From an uncultured SAR86 cluster bacterium (lineage in GTDB: Bacteria; Pseudomonadota; Gammaproteobacteria; Magnimaribacterales; D2472): DNA of 64,000 bases. Where the stretch lies: contig CAJIYI010000001.1 of the NCBI GenBank assembly GCA_905181595.1, positions 151,938 to 215,937 of the forward strand, read 5' to 3'. Both the position numbers and the translations under genes were made by a program. The notes under the pieces are model-generated. The model searched no databases, was not told the DNA's origin, and saw nothing but the letters and a program-made list of their open reading frames with translations. Shown piece after piece: positions 1 through 9,065 of this stretch. The first letter of the stretch is position 1. Every line of letters starts with the position of its first letter.

Positions 1-140
1 TGAAATTAGAAATTCTTGGAAATATCTGGAGCGTCATTCTTTCCGATGGCAATGTTGATCCTTATGAAGATGCTCTTTTTATGCAAATAGGTGATTTGCT
101 GCTGATCACTAAAGACGAGCTTTCAGCCTTAAAGCACTAG
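1..140 (+). CDS. 3' end of a TerB-like (tellurite-resistance TerB family) protein, partial
   Basis: Open frame enters the window (codon phase from nt 3) and stops at TAG 138-140. The tail ...ILGNIWSVILSDGNVDPYEDALFMQIGDLLLITKDELSALKH resembles the TerB-family C-terminus (from memory). Confidence 0.35.
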   Translation, partial: KLEILGNIWSVILSDGNVDPYEDALFMQIGDLLLITKDELSALKH

Positions 141-159
141 GATTCTATTAACCTTTTAA

Positions 160-1074
160 TTACGAGCAGAGCTTTAAGTGCTCCAGTAATTTTTCTTCAA
201 ACATCTCCAACACTTCTGGTTCTATCAGATGCCTCATGCCAGGAATAATTTCTAAACTGCTCTGAGGAATAAGTTTATGCATCGTGTATGCATTTTTTAC
301 ATCAATCATTGGATCGTACTCCCCGTGAATAATTAAGGTAGCAGCTTTAATTTTTTTAACTTTCTGCAGTCGATTTTTTGAGGCAAGAATTGCTAACATC
401 TGTCTGGCATACCCAGATCCATCTGCAGCACGCTCAAAGTTCTTAAATGTATCTTCTCGAAATTCAGGAGTGTCCACGACGCGACCTTCCATTCCTATTA
501 AGGTTACAATTTTTACTTCTCTTTCATATACCTCTTCAACAGAAGCATTTGGATTCTTAGATCTTTGCATCATTAACTCACGTACCTCACTGGTAGGAGC
601 ATTTAGAGGGCTTGGCGTTGAAGCGGTCGATGCAATCAATGTCAGTGACTTAACTCTTTCCGAGTATTGAGAGCTAATAATTTGTGCAATCATCCCACCC
701 ATGGAAGTTCCTAATATATGTGCCTTTTTAATACCCAAGGAATCGAGTAACTTGATGCCATCTTCTGCCATGTCATCGATTGTATATTCTGATTTAAGCG
801 GCAAGCGCAAGAAATATTTGACGTAATCCAAGACAAACGCTGGCTCACCAACAAACCTAGAGGAAAGACCAACATCTCTGTTGTCATAAGTAATGGGCCT
901 GTAGTTATGCTCTTTTAAAAAATCTATTAAGTGCTCTGGCCAATGGACGAGCTGAGCTCCCAAACCATGAACCAATAAAATAGGCTCACCATCTGCTGGA
1001 CCGTGGTCATGGTAAAAGATTTTTACTCCGTTATTGTCTGCGTAACCTTCGGAATATTGCTTTTCTAAATCCAT
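160..1074 (-). CDS. alpha/beta-fold hydrolase
   Basis: 304-aa ORF with an LLVHGLGAQ oxyanion region, a GTSMGG nucleophile elbow (G-x-S-x-G) and late IIHGEYD / PGMRHL acid/His region. Confidence 0.85.
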   Translation of the reverse strand: MDLEKQYSEGYADNNGVKIFYHDHGPADGEPILLVHGLGAQLVHWPEHLIDFLKEHNYRPITYDNRDVGLSSRFVGEPAFVLDYVKYFLRLPLKSEYTIDDMAEDGIKLLDSLGIKKAHILGTSMGGMIAQIISSQYSERVKSLTLIASTASTPSPLNAPTSEVRELMMQRSKNPNASVEEVYEREVKIVTLIGMEGRVVDTPEFREDTFKNFERAADGSGYARQMLAILASKNRLQKVKKIKAATLIIHGEYDPMIDVKNAYTMHKLIPQSSLEIIPGMRHLIEPEVLEMFEEKLLEHLKLCS

Positions 1075-1172
1075 GAAGTTTTGAATGATTTCGAGTTAGT
1101 AGTATTTTTATACTAATGTACTCAGCTTATATTACCAACACTTCATAACACTGATATAGTCATTGGGTATTT

Positions 1173-2531
1173 ATGAACTCACAAATGGTCTCCAATAAAG
1201 TTCGAGCAGCCTATGGCATAGGTGACTATGCTATCTGTTTGTATTGGAGTGGGGTCGGCCTTTATCTTTTATATTTCTACACAGATGTTGTCGGTATTAC
1301 GCCTCTGCTTGCTGGTTGGATTTATGCTCTAGGCATAGCATGGGACGCAGTTACTGATCCCTTTATGGGCTACCTTGCCGAGCGAACTAGAACTAAAATG
1401 GGCAGCTATCGTCCCTACATTTTTTATGGATCAATCCCATTAGCCCTGTCCTTTGTTCTCCTATTTTGGGTCCCGCCATTTGAAGGCATGAAATTATTTT
1501 TATTTTTATTAAGCGTAAATTTATTTCACAGAACATGTTTTACCATTGTCAGTGTCCCATATTCTTCTTTGACTGCCAGAATTACTGATGACAGCGATGA
1601 GAGAACAAAACTTACTACTGCAAGAATGCTAGGCGCATCCTTTGGGACTTTAACTATCTCAGCTCTAGGCTTTCCAATTGTTCTTTGGTTTGGCGGGGGA
1701 GAAGAAGCGCTTGGTTTCATATTTTTGGGCATAATTTCTGGTCTCACGGCAGTTCTTATTTTAAGCATTACTGTTAGATATGTAGAAGAGCGGAAGTTTA
1801 ATTTCACGGCTGCCCAACTTCCAAGTTTTTCTAGAGTTGCTGTTTCAGTTGCAAATAACTATCCATTTTGGATCGTCTTTGCCTCGATTTTAATTCTTGT
1901 CTCAACCTCGGTTATGTTTAATAACAATTTAATTTATTTTGTTAAATATTCACTTGATCTTCATGCATATCAAGGCTTGATTCTCGGAGTTAGCAGTGGC
2001 ACTGCCTTTTTGGCTATTCCATTTTGGGCTTACGCCGCACTTAAAATAGGAAAAAGAAATTCCTGGATGATAGCAATGAGTTTGCTGTTAATTGGTTTTG
2101 TCATTTTTTATGTTTATCCCATCTCAACCTTAAATGAACTCCTTATTATTCTTGGGTTTATTGGAATTGGTAACGGTGCCACTGGAGTATTATTCTGGTC
2201 AATGTTGCCAGATACGATTGAGTACGGTGAGTGGAAAACTGGAATTAGAACTGAATCTTCTCTGTATGGCTTTATGACCTTTGCACAAAAAGGCGCAATA
2301 GCATTTGCTGCGCTGTTACTCGGAGTAGCTCTCACACAAATTGGGTTTGAGCCCAATCAAGTTCAGTCAGAAGAAACATTGTCAGGGTTAAAATTAATCA
2401 TGACATGGATACCGTTGGCAGGAGTGATGATCAGTTTTATTTTGGTTTACTTTTACCCTATTGATAAATCATTTCATGACAAACTCATTACAGAAATTGA
2501 AGACAGGAAGTTAGCGAATGCAAAAAATTAA
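1173..2531 (+). CDS. glycoside-pentoside-hexuronide (GPH, MelB/YicJ-like) cation symporter
   Basis: 452 aa with about 12 hydrophobic helices. Carries the GPH-type motif DAVTDPFMGYLAERTRTKMGSYRPY. Its stop overlaps the next gene's start by 14 nt. Confidence 0.85.
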   Translation: MNSQMVSNKVRAAYGIGDYAICLYWSGVGLYLLYFYTDVVGITPLLAGWIYALGIAWDAVTDPFMGYLAERTRTKMGSYRPYIFYGSIPLALSFVLLFWVPPFEGMKLFLFLLSVNLFHRTCFTIVSVPYSSLTARITDDSDERTKLTTARMLGASFGTLTISALGFPIVLWFGGGEEALGFIFLGIISGLTAVLILSITVRYVEERKFNFTAAQLPSFSRVAVSVANNYPFWIVFASILILVSTSVMFNNNLIYFVKYSLDLHAYQGLILGVSSGTAFLAIPFWAYAALKIGKRNSWMIAMSLLLIGFVIFYVYPISTLNELLIILGFIGIGNGATGVLFWSMLPDTIEYGEWKTGIRTESSLYGFMTFAQKGAIAFAALLLGVALTQIGFEPNQVQSEETLSGLKLIMTWIPLAGVMISFILVYFYPIDKSFHDKLITEIEDRKLANAKN

Positions 2532-4521
2532 ATGGGGCATCATAGGTCCTGGATCTATTGCTACTGGATTTGCTCATTCTGTTGAGCATTGTCAGAACTC
2601 TGAATTAACTGGAGTGTTTGGGCGAACAAAAGAAAAAGCCAATGATTTTGCGAAGCTATTTAATATTCAGTCCTTTGCTTCTTTGCAGGATTTTTTATCC
2701 TCCGAAGACATAGATGCGGTTTATGTGGCCACACCTCACAGCGATCATTTTATCTGTGCTTTAGAGGCTATCAAGCATCACAAACACGTTCTTTGTGAAA
2801 AGCCTCTGACCATGAATGCTCATGAAAGTATGATTCTATTGGATCTTGCTCAATCGCTTAAAGTATTTTTGATGGAAGCATATATGTATAGAGCACATCC
2901 TCAAACCTTAAATATTTTGAATCAATTGTCTATATTTAATGAGACAAATGAAAAAATATTAATCGAAGGTTCGTTTGGATTTCAAGCAGAAGTCTCGTCG
3001 GATCATCGTCTAAGAAATCCATTCTTGGGCGGAGGAGCAATATTAGATGTGGGCTGTTACCCCTTGTCCATGTGCAAATTAATTGCTGGGCATCTTCAAG
3101 ATCTGCCTTTTGCTGAGCCTAAAAGTATCACTGCAACAGGCAGATTAGATAAGACCGGAGTAGATCTGCAATCGGATGCTCATCTAGTATTTTCAGATCA
3201 AATTGAAGCAAAAATAAGTTGTGCTATCGATGAGCAACTTCTTAATAGACTAGTTATATCTAGTGGCGACATCTCAATGACTGTGAGTGATCCTTGGCAT
3301 TGTGGGCAGTTCCAGGAAGGTAAATCATCTATTGCTATCAATCATGCATCTGGCTTAGTTGAAGAGATTTCTTTTGTTGATCAGATAGGTCTTTTTACCA
3401 GAGAAATTGAACATGCTTCTAACTGCATTCTCAATCAAAAAATTGAATCAGATGTTATTTCTCATGCAGACACTCAAAGCAATATGTTCTGGCTTGATCA
3501 ATGGAGGCAGCAGATGCAGATTGTTTGCCCTAAAAATTTAATCAAGAATTCTCCAGTGCTAGAGTCTAAGGCTTTTTTAAATCAAACAACTAAACTTGAG
3601 AATGTAAGTTTACCAGGGCTAGATAAATTAGCTTCAAGATTAGCCTTTGGCTGCGACAATCAAACCTCTGAAGTTCATGCCTTCACAATGTTTGATAATT
3701 TTTATGGATCAGGCGGTCGAATTTTTGATACAGCCTACATTTACAACAACGGCATGGGAGACAAGTACCTAGGGCAGTGGATAAATTCTCGCCAATTAGA
3801 AAAAGAGATCATCGTCATTGGTAAAGCAGCCCATACTCCTCAATGCGAGCCCCAGTTTATAAGACCGCAGATACTTGAATCTTTAGAGCGTCTCCAGATT
3901 AAAAAATTAGATATCTTCTGCCTGCATAGAGATAACTCAGAGGTTCCTGTTGCAGAATTTATCGATGCATTAACTGAGATAAAAGAAGAAGGCTTGATTG
4001 ATTTAATTGGCGCATCTAACTGGGAGTTAGATAGATTTTCTGAAGCTCGGGAGTATGCATTCAAAGAAAAAAAAGAGCCATTCAAAGTATTAAGCAATAA
4101 TTTCAGTTTGGCTGAAATGATTGAACCTGTGTGGCCAGGTTGCGTGGGTGTGAATGATGCCTATATGGAATATATCCTCAAAGAGGAAATATTATTATTT
4201 CCATGGTCAAGCCAAGCTAGAGGTTTTTTTATTCAGAAAAAAGAAGTTATGTCTTCGGAGCATTTCTCTAACCCAACTTTAGATGAAGAGATGAGAGTGT
4301 GGCATTATGAAAAAAATTTAAAGCGCCGAGAAAAGTGTTTTGAATTAGCTGCAAATAAAAATGTTCAGCCGATACAAATTGCTCTTGCATATGTTTTGCA
4401 TAAATCTCCTCTAATTTTTCCGCTAGTAGGACCAAGAACAATTTTTGAAACAAACAGTTCCATACAATCTTCGCAAATTACACTAACGGCCCAAGAACTT
4501 CTTGAACTTGCTCAAGACTAA
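2518..4521 (+). CDS. two-domain oxidoreductase: N-terminal Gfo/Idh/MocA dehydrogenase fused to C-terminal aldo/keto reductase
   Basis: Single uninterrupted 667-aa ORF. The N-terminus has KWGIIGPGSIA (Rossmann) and EKPL, as in Gfo/Idh/MocA. From about aa 360 (nt ~3595) the AKR hallmarks appear: FDTAYIYNNG (Asp/Tyr), IGKAAH (Lys) and LHRDN (His). Confidence 0.8.
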   Translation: MQKIKWGIIGPGSIATGFAHSVEHCQNSELTGVFGRTKEKANDFAKLFNIQSFASLQDFLSSEDIDAVYVATPHSDHFICALEAIKHHKHVLCEKPLTMNAHESMILLDLAQSLKVFLMEAYMYRAHPQTLNILNQLSIFNETNEKILIEGSFGFQAEVSSDHRLRNPFLGGGAILDVGCYPLSMCKLIAGHLQDLPFAEPKSITATGRLDKTGVDLQSDAHLVFSDQIEAKISCAIDEQLLNRLVISSGDISMTVSDPWHCGQFQEGKSSIAINHASGLVEEISFVDQIGLFTREIEHASNCILNQKIESDVISHADTQSNMFWLDQWRQQMQIVCPKNLIKNSPVLESKAFLNQTTKLENVSLPGLDKLASRLAFGCDNQTSEVHAFTMFDNFYGSGGRIFDTAYIYNNGMGDKYLGQWINSRQLEKEIIVIGKAAHTPQCEPQFIRPQILESLERLQIKKLDIFCLHRDNSEVPVAEFIDALTEIKEEGLIDLIGASNWELDRFSEAREYAFKEKKEPFKVLSNNFSLAEMIEPVWPGCVGVNDAYMEYILKEEILLFPWSSQARGFFIQKKEVMSSEHFSNPTLDEEMRVWHYEKNLKRREKCFELAANKNVQPIQIALAYVLHKSPLIFPLVGPRTIFETNSSIQSSQITLTAQELLELAQD

Positions 4522-6937
4522 TTGTTTCTGTGAGGTGTATTCGTGTTGCAGAGGATCCAATTAGAATCTCATAGGAACCCTGTCTAATCTTCCAGCACTT
4601 GTCTTCAATGTCCCAGTAAGAGAAATTTCTTTGAGTGAGCCTGATCTCAACAGTTTTTTTATCACCAGCTCCTATCGTCTCTTTTGCAAAGCCTTGAAGG
4701 GTCTTAATTGGCTCAGCATTGTCTGAATTCTCAAAAGCAACATAACACTGTGCAACTTCTGCCCCAATTACATCCCCAATATTTGCAATCATAAATTTAC
4801 AAGATACTTCCTTGCTATCACCCATTTTAATTTCAAGATCACTATATTGAAATTGGGTATAAGAAAGACCATGACCAAATGGGAACAATGGGTCATTAGC
4901 TTTTCTGTCATACCATCTATAGCCAACTAAAAGCTTTTCGTCATAGTTCATCTGCGCATCCTTGCCTGGATAACAATCATAAGCAGGAGTATCTGCAATA
5001 TTTTTTGGAAAAGTAGTAGGCAATCTTCCAGAGGGGTTAACTTCCCCAGTGATAATATCCACCAGAGCATTTCCAAATTCTTGACCAGCAAACCATGTCT
5101 GAATAACAGCATCCGCATTATCAATCCATGTCATTTCAACAGGTGAACCGGTATTAATAACGACTGTGGTATTTTTATTGGCCTCTAAAATTGCTTTAAT
5201 TAAGGAGTCTTGATCAGCAGGTAAACTTAACTCCGCTCTATCATTGCCTTCGGTCTCCCAGTCAGAATTAGTTCCAGCAATCAATATGACCTGATCTGCA
5301 TTACCTGCAATTTCAATTGCTTCTTTAAATAAATCAACCTCATCAGGTGCTTGGCAGCCAATATATACTGCAGGAAAATTTCCTTCAAAATAATACTGCA
5401 CTTCTATGCTGTAGCTTTCGCCTTGTTGCAGATTTAGAACTCCCTTTTTTGAAGCTGAGCTAAATGTGAAAAAAGCCTCCCCTGGCTCTATATCATTCCA
5501 ATTATCAATAAGTTCCTTGCCATCAATTAATAACCGACACTGGCCAATTCCAAATATTTCAAATTCATGATCACCGGAGATCTCCGGTGTATATTTACAA
5601 GAAAACCTAACTGAAATATTAGACCTTTCTTTTTTACCAATCACCTCTTTTGCAAAACCTTCAAAAACCCAAAATTTATTTCCTATTAGATGCTCAGATA
5701 AAATTAAATTTTCTTCAAAGTTCTGCCCATCAAAGTACTCAACTAAAAATCCTTTTTTATCACTTGTAAGCTCCTCATTAATTTTTGGGAGGTATTTATG
5801 GGTATGACATCCTTTCGCATACTCGATTTTTATTTCTCCAGGAAGCCTAGCTTTAAAAGCTTCTAGAGGCTGCACTTGATAATGCGGCATAAGACTTGCA
5901 CTGCCTCCACCTATGATTTGAGCATTTTTTGCATTTGGTCCAATCACTGCTAATTTTTTAATATTCTTTTTAAGCGGTAAAAGTCCTTCATTTTTTAAAA
6001 GCACCATGCCATCTGCAGCAGCTTTTCTTAATAGTTTTCGATGTGATGGCTGATCAATTGCTTCTTCTGGCCTGAATCCGGGTCTTTCAAAACGTTTAGA
6101 GAACTCAGCGACGGTTAGTATTCTTTTAACCTTGTCATCAATAAGCTCTTCATCTACTTTTCCATCTTTGATGGAGTTGATCAAGCTAGCACCCCAGACA
6201 TTTCCTGGACCTGGCATCTCAAGATCAAGACCACCATTAGCATTTTCTTCAGTTTCCAGTGCAGCACCCCAATCACTTACCACATATCCATCAAATCCCC
6301 ATTCTTCTTTTAATATGTCGATCAACAATTCTTGATGTGAGCTGCAATAAATATTATTTAGTTTGTTGTAGGCGCTCATCACAACTTTTGCATTACCTTG
6401 CTTAATGCCCATCTCAAAAGGCAATAAATATATTTCTCGAAGAGTTCTCTCATCAATGTTTGAGCTAATTGCGTGCCTATTAAACTCTGTGTCATTGCCA
6501 ACAAAATGCTTTAAGCAGGCTGCAACATTCTTGGATTGCACTCCATTCACATATTGAACCGCAATTTTGCCACTCAAAAATGGATCTTCAGAAAAGCTCT
6601 CAAAATGTCTACCGCCAAGAGGATGTCTATGAATATTAATAGTTGGCCCAAGCAATACATCCACATCCTTTGCATTTGCCTCTTCTCCCAAGGCCTCTCC
6701 AAGTTGATTAATTAATTCCAGATCCCATGTCGAACCTATTGAAATAGCACAAGGGAAACAGGCAGAAGATTTCCCAGAATTTGAATCACCTCTGATTCCA
6801 TTTGGACCATCTGACATCTTAATGCTTGGAACATTTGCATGGTCAATCTTATTTGTGTACCAAGAATTAAACCCACTAAGCAGCGAGACTTTTTCCTCTA
6901 AAGTAAGCTGGGAAACTATTTGATCTATATCTGTCAT
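4478..6937 (-). CDS. GH3 beta-glucosidase with an internal PA14-like domain, no signal peptide
   Basis: 819 aa with GH3 motifs LKHFVGND and the VVSDWGA nucleophile. A PA14-like insert (FLVEYFDGQNF...IEVQYYFEG, about nt 5385-5757) sits between the GH3 domains. The N-terminus MTDIDQIVSQLTLEEK is not a signal peptide. Confidence 0.9.
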   Translation of the reverse strand: MTDIDQIVSQLTLEEKVSLLSGFNSWYTNKIDHANVPSIKMSDGPNGIRGDSNSGKSSACFPCAISIGSTWDLELINQLGEALGEEANAKDVDVLLGPTINIHRHPLGGRHFESFSEDPFLSGKIAVQYVNGVQSKNVAACLKHFVGNDTEFNRHAISSNIDERTLREIYLLPFEMGIKQGNAKVVMSAYNKLNNIYCSSHQELLIDILKEEWGFDGYVVSDWGAALETEENANGGLDLEMPGPGNVWGASLINSIKDGKVDEELIDDKVKRILTVAEFSKRFERPGFRPEEAIDQPSHRKLLRKAAADGMVLLKNEGLLPLKKNIKKLAVIGPNAKNAQIIGGGSASLMPHYQVQPLEAFKARLPGEIKIEYAKGCHTHKYLPKINEELTSDKKGFLVEYFDGQNFEENLILSEHLIGNKFWVFEGFAKEVIGKKERSNISVRFSCKYTPEISGDHEFEIFGIGQCRLLIDGKELIDNWNDIEPGEAFFTFSSASKKGVLNLQQGESYSIEVQYYFEGNFPAVYIGCQAPDEVDLFKEAIEIAGNADQVILIAGTNSDWETEGNDRAELSLPADQDSLIKAILEANKNTTVVINTGSPVEMTWIDNADAVIQTWFAGQEFGNALVDIITGEVNPSGRLPTTFPKNIADTPAYDCYPGKDAQMNYDEKLLVGYRWYDRKANDPLFPFGHGLSYTQFQYSDLEIKMGDSKEVSCKFMIANIGDVIGAEVAQCYVAFENSDNAEPIKTLQGFAKETIGAGDKKTVEIRLTQRNFSYWDIEDKCWKIRQGSYEILIGSSATRIHLTETISLEQVQEVLGPLV

Positions 6938-6978
6938 AGGTTAATCTTAAATCCTTTAATAATAAAAACACACTTTTT

Positions 6979-7692
6979 ATGTCGGTAGAATTTATTGTTT
7001 TTTTTGCAATCCTATCTTTTCTTACCTCTCTGCTTACTTCTATATTTAGTGTTGGTGGAGGCTTAATCATGCTGGTTGCACTAGCGCAGTCATTTTCTCC
7101 AGCTACTCTAATTCCATTGCATGGATCCATTCAGCTTGCTAATAACTTCTCTCGTACGCTTGTTTACAGAGAGTTTGTTCAATGGGAGCTAATTAAGCAT
7201 ATTGTAATTTCTACAATGTTTGGCGCCCTAGTTGGAATTTTTTTATTTGGAACGCTTTCAGAAAACTTATTACTTATTTTAATAGCCAGTACCATTCTCT
7301 TTCTTACGTGGGCGCCGATAGATAATTTCATTCTCTCAGTAATGAAAAATGATTGGTTTTGCGGTCTAATTTCAGGATTTGCAGGTATTTTTGTTGGTGC
7401 AAATGGACCGCTAGTAACAGCCTACTTAAGAACAAAAAATTTATCTCCTGAAGTTTTAGTGGCGAATCATGGAGCAATTATGATTTTTCAACATGCGATC
7501 AAAATCATCTTATTCACTTCTTTTTTTAGCTTTACTATTCAGGACTATTTCCTCTTTATTTTTATTCTTGCACTCACTGGTTATGCAGGCGCAAATTTAG
7601 GCAGAAGGCTCATCTCAAACATTTCATTTGACAGCTTCAATATTGCCTTAAAAATATTGTTAACATTTTTGTCAATATTTTTAATTATATAA
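6979..7692 (+). CDS. TauE/SafE (DUF81) family membrane exporter/permease
   Basis: 237 aa, polytopic and hydrophobic. Gly-rich helix starts (SVGGGLIM, VGANGPL) are typical of TauE/SafE. Family recalled from memory. Confidence 0.6.
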   Translation: MSVEFIVFFAILSFLTSLLTSIFSVGGGLIMLVALAQSFSPATLIPLHGSIQLANNFSRTLVYREFVQWELIKHIVISTMFGALVGIFLFGTLSENLLLILIASTILFLTWAPIDNFILSVMKNDWFCGLISGFAGIFVGANGPLVTAYLRTKNLSPEVLVANHGAIMIFQHAIKIILFTSFFSFTIQDYFLFIFILALTGYAGANLGRRLISNISFDSFNIALKILLTFLSIFLII

Positions 7693-7760
7693 GTAAGAGC
7701 ATCAGTGCATTGCCATAAAAATATTCGTACAATAAATTAATTCAAGGAAAAGGAATAGCA

Positions 7761-8648
7761 ATGAAATTAGTATTAGGTTTATTTGGTTTAGAGAACTTTT
7801 ATGGTGGTGACGTAAAGTCCTATATTGAAATTGCGCAGATGGGAGAAGAGCTAGGTTTTGATGCTGTTAGCGTTACAGATCATGTGGTCATGGGAAAGAA
7901 TCTGCATAAATATCCTTTTGGTCAATTTCCAATGCCATCAGATGCACCATGGTATGAACCTTTAACTCTTTTAACGATGATCGCAGCAAATACTAGCTCT
8001 ATTAATTTAGCTACAGCCGTTCTTATCGCTCCATTGAGAAGTCCCGCTCTCCTAGCAAAGACAGCAGCCAGTCTTGATGCAATCTCCAACGGCAGACTTG
8101 AGCTAGGCGTTGGTTTGGGTTGGCAGGAAGAGGAATATGAGGCATCCGGCATTTCCTTTGATCAAAGAGCAAAGATTTTTTGGGAAACATTAGATATCTG
8201 TCAATCATTATGGAAGGGTGGTCCAGTTTCACATAAAGGAGAAATATTTGAGTTCAATGATATTTGGTGTCATCCAATACCTCCACAAGGCAGTGACATA
8301 CCCTTACTTTTTGGCGTCAAAATGACAGAATCTAATGCACAAAAAATTGCAAAAATTGGCCACGGATGGATACCCATTAAGACCAGCAGAGACTTTATAT
8401 CAGAGGGCAGCGAGAAACTTAATAACGCATTTAAAGAAGCAGGTAGAGATGACAAGCCCAGAATTAGAGGGCAACTTCCTACATGCGTTGATTCAAATGG
8501 AGTGCCTAGCGTTGACTTAACTTTAAAAGAGTTAGAGAAATCAATGGAAGCAGGTTTAGAAGAAATAGAAGTGTTTCCAATTAATTTCGCTCAGTCACCA
8601 GATCATTTACGAGAAGTGCTGGAACTAATAGGGGAGCTTAAAAAATAA
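7761..8648 (+). CDS. luciferase-like monooxygenase (LLM) family flavin/deazaflavin-dependent oxidoreductase
   Basis: 295 aa. GFDAVSVTDHV and LDAISNGRLELGVGLGWQEEE are typical LLM TIM-barrel motifs. TAATG overlap with the next ORF. Confidence 0.8.
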   Translation: MKLVLGLFGLENFYGGDVKSYIEIAQMGEELGFDAVSVTDHVVMGKNLHKYPFGQFPMPSDAPWYEPLTLLTMIAANTSSINLATAVLIAPLRSPALLAKTAASLDAISNGRLELGVGLGWQEEEYEASGISFDQRAKIFWETLDICQSLWKGGPVSHKGEIFEFNDIWCHPIPPQGSDIPLLFGVKMTESNAQKIAKIGHGWIPIKTSRDFISEGSEKLNNAFKEAGRDDKPRIRGQLPTCVDSNGVPSVDLTLKELEKSMEAGLEEIEVFPINFAQSPDHLREVLELIGELKK

Positions 8649-9055
8649 TGGACATCAAAAATTTATCAACTCAAATTATCTATCAATATGCTTCTATTAT
8701 TGATTCAAAAAATTTCTCTGAACTATCGCGCATTATGTGGGATGAATTTTCGCTGACAGGACCTTATGAGTTAATTGGCTTGGAGACTTTCATTGGGGCT
8801 GTCCAACAAAACTTAAGTACTTACAAAAGTACCATGCACTTAATAGGTAATGTAGAAGGTCAGTGGGATGGAAATACTTATACTGGTAAGACATATTGCA
8901 TAGCCAGTCACATGCTTGAAGAAAACGGACAATCCAAAAAACTAGATATGGGCATTATTTATGACGACACCATAGAGTTACGTGGCGAAGAAGCAAAATT
9001 CTTAAATAGGCACTTTAATCTTCAATGGCAGAAAACCGATCTTTTGGACTTTTAG
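8648..9055 (+). CDS. SnoaL-like / NTF2-fold protein
   Basis: 135 aa. Pattern QYASIIDSKNF..L..... then TMHLIGNV....Y..H is typical of SnoaL_4-type NTF2-like proteins. Translationally coupled to the LLM gene. Confidence 0.55.
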   Translation: MDIKNLSTQIIYQYASIIDSKNFSELSRIMWDEFSLTGPYELIGLETFIGAVQQNLSTYKSTMHLIGNVEGQWDGNTYTGKTYCIASHMLEENGQSKKLDMGIIYDDTIELRGEEAKFLNRHFNLQWQKTDLLDF

Positions 9056-9065
9056 TCAGAGGTCA

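Noticed and set aside
7668-7676. TGTTAACAT half-site of the efflux operator inside the TauE gene
   Set aside because: Only one 9-nt arm matches, and the partner arm matches at about 3 of 10 positions. A single arm is expected by chance in AT-rich DNA.
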